Shown: positions 27,512 to 32,930 of the stretch, one piece after another
How positions within the stretch are numbered: the first letter of the stretch is position 1
Layout: the number at the start of each line of letters is the position of its first letter
NCBI GenBank assembly: GCA_041619515.1
Contig: JBFKDW010000028.1
Span: forward strand, 1 to 32,930
Source: Acidimicrobiia bacterium
GTDB lineage: Bacteria; Actinomycetota; Acidimicrobiia; Spongiisociales; SHLN01
DNA length: 32,930 bases
Direction of reading: 5' to 3'
Position numbers and translations under genes: made by a program
Notes under the pieces: model-generated
What the model was told of the DNA's origin: nothing
What the model saw: only the letters and a program-made list of their open reading frames with translations
Database searches by the model: none

Positions 27512-28405
27512 ATGTTAAAGCGCACCGTGGTCCTCATCGTGGCCCTCGTGCTGGCGGGGATCGCAGCCTTTTCGATATGGCAATACCTCCAGGGTGTGGA
27601 TGAAGACGCCCGCGAGGGCCTCGAGCTGGTACCGGTGATCCGCGCCTCCCAAGACATTCCCGCCCGAACGCCGGGGAACACCGTCATCGACGAGCAGCTG
27701 TTCCTCGTCAGCGAAGAGTCGTTCGACTTCCTCCCCGGCCCGTCACCCGACCGCACGGTCGCCTTTACCTCGCAGGAGGAGCTGACCGCCCGCCTGCGCG
27801 ATCGATTCGCGGTTGGGCCGATCAGCCGCAACCAGATCCTCACGTCCGATCAGTGGGAAGATGCGCTCGAAGCGCCGGTGGTGGAGACGCTGGCCGAGAT
27901 CATCAGCCCGGGCAAGCAAGCGGTGACCGTGCAGCTCGACGCCACCCGTGCCGTCGGCGGCTTCATCCGCCCCAACGACAAGGTCAACATGATCGTCACC
28001 ATCCAGGCCCCCCAGCTCACTCTCGAGGGGCTCGGCGAGGATGAGATCACCGACGAGGCGTTGCGCGACATCATCGATCAGCTGCGAGAGGCACAGGATC
28101 AGGAGTTCACCCGCTTCCTGCTGCAGGGCATTCCTGTGCTGGCGGTCGGCGACCAGAAGCGGACCGGGGACCCGGCATTCGACAACTCGGTGGGACGGAT
28201 CCAGTCGGTGGTCAACGAAGACGGAACGGTCACCGAAGCAGGCGAAGGCACCCAATTCGGCCTGCTGACGCTCGAAGTCACCGCCCAGGAGGCCGAGCGC
28301 CTCGTGTTCGCATTCGAGAAGGGCAGCGTGTGGATGACGCTGGTCCCGGGTGACTTCATTCCGGTCGCCACCGAAGGCATCAACCGGGAGACCCTCTTTG
28401 AGTAG
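27512..28405 (+). CDS. cpaB: Flp pilus assembly protein CpaB/RcpC
   Basis: AAGGAG SD, N-terminal TM, SAF-like VIRASQDIPART, GKQAVTV..AVGGFIRPNDKVNM, VLAVG, LTLEVT..EAERL. Confidence 0.92.
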   Translation: MLKRTVVLIVALVLAGIAAFSIWQYLQGVDEDAREGLELVPVIRASQDIPARTPGNTVIDEQLFLVSEESFDFLPGPSPDRTVAFTSQEELTARLRDRFAVGPISRNQILTSDQWEDALEAPVVETLAEIISPGKQAVTVQLDATRAVGGFIRPNDKVNMIVTIQAPQLTLEGLGEDEITDEALRDIIDQLREAQDQEFTRFLLQGIPVLAVGDQKRTGDPAFDNSVGRIQSVVNEDGTVTEAGEGTQFGLLTLEVTAQEAERLVFAFEKGSVWMTLVPGDFIPVATEGINRETLFE

Positions 28406-29594
28406 TCAATCCGAATTCGATCCGGAAGGAATCCTCTTCGTCGACCCCGACGGCGAGGTTCGGCGCCAGACCAAGGCCGTGTTCGAGGGGCGAGTCCAGC
28501 TGCTGGAGTCGATCGCCGACGCCGAGGACGGCGTCATCGCAGGCGACGCCGATGTCGTGTTCGTGGGGCCGTCGCTTGCCACCGCCGAGGGGATCGCGGA
28601 AGCGGCCGCCCTCGCCGAGCTCGATCCCGAACTCATCGTGGTGCTCGTAGCCCCGGCCGACGTTCCCGGCGATGTCCTGCGAGCCGCGATTCGCTCCGGC
28701 CTCAACGACGTGGTTGAGGCGCCGCTGACCATTGCCGCCGCTACCGAAGCCCTCAAGACTGCGGAACGCACCCATCGCCGGCGGGCCGAGAAGAAGCCCG
28801 AGGCCCACCCGCCGCTCGCAGAAGGCCGCATCATCACCGTGATGGCTGCCAAAGGCGGAAGCGGCAAGACCGTGTTCGCGTCCAACGTGGCCACGCTCCT
28901 GGCCAGGTGGGGTGATCCCGAGCGAGTGGTGATTGCCGACGCCGATCTCCAATTCGGCGACGTGGCGCTCGTGCTCCAGGTCGATCCCAAGCACACGGTG
29001 GTCAATGCCGCCAAGGAGGGAGAGCGTCTCGATAGCCAGTTTCTCGAGACGGTCCTCGCCCATCATTCATCCGGCATGCGCGTGCTGGCGGCTCCGCTCG
29101 AGCCGGCGTTCGCCGACGAGGTTCCCACGGTCACCTACACCAGGATCCTCGGTTTGCTGCGCGAGATGTTCGACTACGTGGTGGTCGATACCGCCCCCAG
29201 CCTCGACGAGCGGCTCCTCGCCATCCTCGACAAATCCGACGTGGTGCTGTTCGTCGTCGATATGGACCTGCCGAGCGTGAAGAACGCCAAGCTGGCGCTC
29301 GAGACGCTGCGGATCCTCAATTACCCGGCCAACAAGATAAAACTGGTGCTGAACCGCTCGAACTCCAAGGCCCGATTGGATGTCGATGAGATCGAGCGGT
29401 CACTGCGCCTGCCCATTTCGGCTTCCGTGCCGTCTGACGGCCTGCTCCCGGCCTCGGTGAACGAAGGGATTCCCATCGTGGAATCGCATCCCAAGTCCAA
29501 GCCGGCCAAAGCGTTCGAGGATGTCACTCGTATCTTGATGGAGGCGCGACAGCTCCCTCAAGAAAGCCAGAAGAAGCGCCGATTCGGGCGTTGA
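28398..29594 (+). CDS. cpaE: CpaE/TadZ MinD-like pilus localisation ATPase with N-terminal pseudo-receiver domain
   Basis: TTG 28398 after GGGAG. Deviant Walker A AKGGSGKT, DADLQFGD, YVVVDTAP, LVLNR. The receiver-like domain has VVFVGP where the phospho-Asp would be. Confidence 0.9.
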   Translation: MSSQSEFDPEGILFVDPDGEVRRQTKAVFEGRVQLLESIADAEDGVIAGDADVVFVGPSLATAEGIAEAAALAELDPELIVVLVAPADVPGDVLRAAIRSGLNDVVEAPLTIAAATEALKTAERTHRRRAEKKPEAHPPLAEGRIITVMAAKGGSGKTVFASNVATLLARWGDPERVVIADADLQFGDVALVLQVDPKHTVVNAAKEGERLDSQFLETVLAHHSSGMRVLAAPLEPAFADEVPTVTYTRILGLLREMFDYVVVDTAPSLDERLLAILDKSDVVLFVVDMDLPSVKNAKLALETLRILNYPANKIKLVLNRSNSKARLDVDEIERSLRLPISASVPSDGLLPASVNEGIPIVESHPKSKPAKAFEDVTRILMEARQLPQESQKKRRFGR

Positions 29595-29616
29595 AGCAAC
29601 ACAAGGACGGTGAGAG

Positions 29617-30996
29617 ATGAGTTCCCTGTCAGAACGGGTAGCAGCCGCCAAGGCCGCTGAAACCGGCGTCGACGAACCGACGCGGGAAGACTCCGCTGCC
29701 CAGGAACTGCGCCGCCGGCTCCACTTCAAAGTCGTCGAGGGTCTCGGGCCATCGTTGTACGACCGCCAGATGTCCGATGCCGAGCTCAAGGTTCGCGTCA
29801 TGGAGATGCTCGACTGGGCCCTGGAGTCCGAGGACACCCTTCCGCTCTCGCGAGTGGATCGGGAGGCCTTGCTCCGAGAGATCGCCGACGACGTGCTCGG
29901 CTACGGCCCGATCGACCCGCTTCTGGCCGATCCCGATGTCAGCGAGGTGATGGTCAACGGGCCCTACTCGGTCTACATCGAGCGCTCCGGCAAGATCATC
30001 AGATCCGCCGCCCGCTTCGTCGACACCACCCATTTGCTTCGCATCATCGAGAAGATCGTGAGCCAGGTCGGCAGGCGCATCGACGAATCGACCCCGATGG
30101 TTGACGCACGCCTGCCGGACGGATCCCGTGTCAACGCCATCATCCATCCGCTGGCCATCGGCGGTCCCTTCCTGACCATCCGGAAGTTCTCGGTCGACCC
30201 GCTCACCGAGAAGGACTTGATCGAGAAGGGCTCGTTCACGGATTTGACGGCGGAGTTTCTCCGCAAGTGCACCGGGGGCAAGCTCAACATCATCGTGTCT
30301 GGTGCCACCGGCTCGGGTAAGACGACGATGCTCAACATCCTCTCGAGCTACATCCCCGATGACGAGCGCATCGTCACCATCGAAGACGCCGCCGAGCTCC
30401 AGCTCGGCCAGGAACACGTCCTGACCCTGGAAGCCCGGCCGGCCAACCTGGAGGGGCGCGGGATGGTCACCATCCGGGACCTCGTGCGCAACTCCCTGCG
30501 CATGCGCCCGGACCGGATTGTCGTCGGAGAGGCCCGTGGTGGAGAGGCGCTCGACATGTTGCAGGCGATGAACACCGGACACGACGGCTCGCTCACGACC
30601 ATTCACTCCAATTCTCCTCGCGACACGCTGGCCCGTATCGAGACGATGGTGCTCATGGCGGGCTTCGACATGCCGGTGCGGGCGATCCGGGAGCAGGTGG
30701 CCGGCGCCGTCGACCTCATCGTGCACCTCCACCGGCTGCGCGACGGAACCCGCCGGGTCACCCATATCACCGAAGTGCTTGGCATGGAGGGTGAGGTCGT
30801 CACGACCCAGGACATCTTCCTGTTCGACTACGGCATGGGCGTCGACGAGGATGGCTACTACCGGGGCCACCTCAAGTCCACGGGTCTCCGTCCGTCCTTC
30901 AGCAAGAAGCTGGAGGACAGCGGAATCGTCCTCCAGGCCGACATGTTCGCCCCCGAGGGCTTCGCCCGCGAGGCCGACACCTTCGAACTCGGATGA
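29617..30996 (+). CDS. cpaF: Tad pilus assembly ATPase CpaF/TadA
   Basis: [20 protein letters not shown], Walker [40 protein letters not shown]. Confidence 0.97.
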   Translation: MSSLSERVAAAKAAETGVDEPTREDSAAQELRRRLHFKVVEGLGPSLYDRQMSDAELKVRVMEMLDWALESEDTLPLSRVDREALLREIADDVLGYGPIDPLLADPDVSEVMVNGPYSVYIERSGKIIRSAARFVDTTHLLRIIEKIVSQVGRRIDESTPMVDARLPDGSRVNAIIHPLAIGGPFLTIRKFSVDPLTEKDLIEKGSFTDLTAEFLRKCTGGKLNIIVSGATGSGKTTMLNILSSYIPDDERIVTIEDAAELQLGQEHVLTLEARPANLEGRGMVTIRDLVRNSLRMRPDRIVVGEARGGEALDMLQAMNTGHDGSLTTIHSNSPRDTLARIETMVLMAGFDMPVRAIREQVAGAVDLIVHLHRLRDGTRRVTHITEVLGMEGEVVTTQDIFLFDYGMGVDEDGYYRGHLKSTGLRPSFSKKLEDSGIVLQADMFAPEGFAREADTFELG

Positions 30997-32930
30997 CCCA
31001 CTCCCGCCGCCTTCCGCTGGCGCTGCTGTCGCTGACAGTGCTGCTGGTGCTCGGTGCCCTGCCGGCGCTGGCCCAGGATCAGGCGGCGGAGATCGCGATC
31101 ACCGACATCGGGATCGCCCGCTACCCGGACATGACGGTCGTGGTGGATGTCGGGAACGTCGAGACGTTCGAGCCCGGCGACCTCTCGGTGTTGGAAGACG
31201 GCACGGCGATCGCCAACACCACAGCCACCCCCATCTCCCAGAACCCGGTGCCGGTCGGCATTGTCCTTGCCATCGACACGAGCGAAGCAACCGCCGGCGG
31301 CACCCTGGATGCGGCCAAAGCGGCCTCCGAGGCGTTCATCGACAACATGCGGCCCCAGGATCTGGTTGCCATCGTCGGATTCGGCGAGGAAGTCTCGGTC
31401 TTCACCGGCTTCACCGGCAATGCCACCGCCCTCAAGATCGCGCTCGCTCAACTGGAGCCGGCCGGGCCGAGCCGGCTCTACGACGGGGTGGTGCGGGCCT
31501 CCGATCTGTACGGATCGGTTGGCACTGAAGCGACCCTGGAGCGCAACCTGATCGTCCTGACAGGCAGCGCCGACGACGCCAGCGTGGCGACACTCGAGGA
31601 CGCCGCTGCCGCCGTGTCCGATCAGTCCTTGACCGTCTACGGCGTGGCGCTGTCGGGGACCGAGTTCGACACCAGCGGCGTGCGCACCCTGGCCAACGCC
31701 GACTACCTCGAGACACCCGACCCCGCCGAGCTGGCCACGCTCTACGGAGCCATTCAGCGGTCTCTCGACAACCGGGTCGTGCTCACGTTCACGGCCACAG
31801 AGGCGGCTCCCCGGGATGTCACCTTCGAGGTGCGCTACCAGCAGGCGTCCGCCTCGCAGGTAGTCACCGTCCCCGGGTTCATCGTCAACCCGCGCTCGAC
31901 CACAACGCTGCCGCCCACCTATGCCGTCGCCCAGCCCGGGGCCGCTGAGTCGGCCAGCCCGTCACCCGGGACCCTGCGGCTCATCTCTGTGCTCACCATG
32001 GCAGCGGCCATCGCCCTGCTGGTGGTGGTCGTCGGGTTCGGCCGCAGCAGCGATGCCGTGTCGCGACGGCTCAGCTCACTCTCCGGGCGCCGCTTCGCCC
32101 GTCCAGGGACCGAAGTGGTCGAGGGCGAGCCTCGCGGCGTGCTGCAGCGAATCCCCTTCTTGAGCCGGTTCGCCTCGCAGGCAGAAGAGGTCGCCGAGTC
32201 ACAAGGTCTGTTGCAGCCGATCGCCAACATGCTCGAGCAGGCCAACATCCTGTGGCGCCCGGGCGAGGTGGTTGCGGGTGCCCTGGCGGTGGCCGCCGTT
32301 AGCTCGATCCTGGTCGCCGTGTTCCAGGGGAGTGCCCTGGTGGGCGTGGTGGCGTTCGTCATACTCGTGCTCGTCATCGCCGCAGGGCTGCGGCTGGTGG
32401 CCTCCCGCGAGAAGGCCCGCTTCGTCGATCAAATGCCGGGTACCCTCGGACTGCTTGCCACGTCACTCCGGTCGGGCCAGTCGTTCCTGCAGGCGCTGGA
32501 AGCGGTGGCCAGCGAGGCACCCGAGCCGACATCACGTGAGTATCAGCGAGCTGTGGCCGAGGTGCGGCTGGGCCGGCCCATCGGTGCTGCCATCAGAGCC
32601 ATCGCCGAGCGGATGGACTCCGAGGACTTCGAATGGGTCGTCATGGCGACCGACATCCAGCGTGAAGTGGGTGGCAACCTGGCCGAAGTGCTCGATATCG
32701 TCGCCGACACCATGTTGCAGCGCAACCGGCTGCGCCGTGAAGTGAAGGCGCTGAGCGCCGAAGGCCGGATCTCGGCCATCGTGCTCGGGGGCCTGCCAGT
32801 GTTCATCTTCCTCTTCCTGTTCACCAGCAATCGTTCCTATCTGGAGCCGCTCGTCGATCGCACGGCGGGATGGATCATGATCGGGGTTGCGATCGGGTCC
32901 ATGATCGCCGCCTTCGCCTGGCTCCGGAAG
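30993..32930 (+). CDS. tadB: TadB (T2SS F family) platform protein fused to an N-terminal exported vWA domain (3' end beyond window)
   Basis: Translated by hand from ATG 30993 (ATGA overlap with cpaF); open to the window end. Signal peptide ending LPALA|QD, vWA segment IVLAIDTS...VAIVGF, a TM helix, then FVDQMPGTLGLLATSLRSGQS, IQREVGGNLAEVL and VKALSAEGRIS. Confidence 0.92.
   Translation, partial: MTHSRRLPLALLSLTVLLVLGALPALAQDQAAEIAITDIGIARYPDMTVVVDVGNVETFEPGDLSVLEDGTAIANTTATPISQNPVPVGIVLAIDTSEATAGGTLDAAKAASEAFIDNMRPQDLVAIVGFGEEVSVFTGFTGNATALKIALAQLEPAGPSRLYDGVVRASDLYGSVGTEATLERNLIVLTGSADDASVATLEDAAAAVSDQSLTVYGVALSGTEFDTSGVRTLANADYLETPDPAELATLYGAIQRSLDNRVVLTFTATEAAPRDVTFEVRYQQASASQVVTVPGFIVNPRSTTTLPPTYAVAQPGAAESASPSPGTLRLISVLTMAAAIALLVVVVGFGRSSDAVSRRLSSLSGRRFARPGTEVVEGEPRGVLQRIPFLSRFASQAEEVAESQGLLQPIANMLEQANILWRPGEVVAGALAVAAVSSILVAVFQGSALVGVVAFVILVLVIAAGLRLVASREKARFVDQMPGTLGLLATSLRSGQSFLQALEAVASEAPEPTSREYQRAVAEVRLGRPIGAAIRAIAERMDSEDFEWVVMATDIQREVGGNLAEVLDIVADTMLQRNRLRREVKALSAEGRISAIVLGGLPVFIFLFLFTSNRSYLEPLVDRTAGWIMIGVAIGSMIAAFAWLRK

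Noticed and set aside
29629..30870. 413-aa minus-strand ORF, and similar ORFs over trpB, polA and rpsA
   Set aside because: They are antisense to well-supported conserved genes.

Overview
High-GC chromosomal window from an actinobacterium, probably Acidimicrobiia-like (inferred from gene content, not from a search). The left part is housekeeping and metabolism: a long two-domain thyX running off the window start (missed by the ORF track), a GT-C-like membrane protein, EamA transporter, thioesterase, xpt, nth plus a MATE pump, MFS plus csaA, ccdA, trpE, ygfZ, an OmpR-family two-component pair, a lipoprotein cytochrome c, trpC-F-B-A, tRNA-Leu(CAA) and a VOC protein. The right part holds a monoderm-type Tad/Flp (type IVc) pilus system split around polA-rpsA. 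Two minor-pilin/adhesin cassettes (TadE-TadE-TadG and TadE-TadG-vWA) lie upstream of polA-rpsA. The assembly operon cpaB-cpaE-cpaF lies downstream, followed by a signal peptide-vWA-TadB fusion that runs off the window end (also missed by the ORF track). The most notable points are the two Cys-rich tip cassettes, the vWA-TadB fusion, matching sigma28/WhiG-like promoter motifs ahead of two tad units, and a ribosomal protein S1 with a repeat-containing N-terminal extension of about 115 aa. I saw no mobile element, CRISPR array or rRNA. Most long ORFs in the track are GC-driven shadow ORFs.
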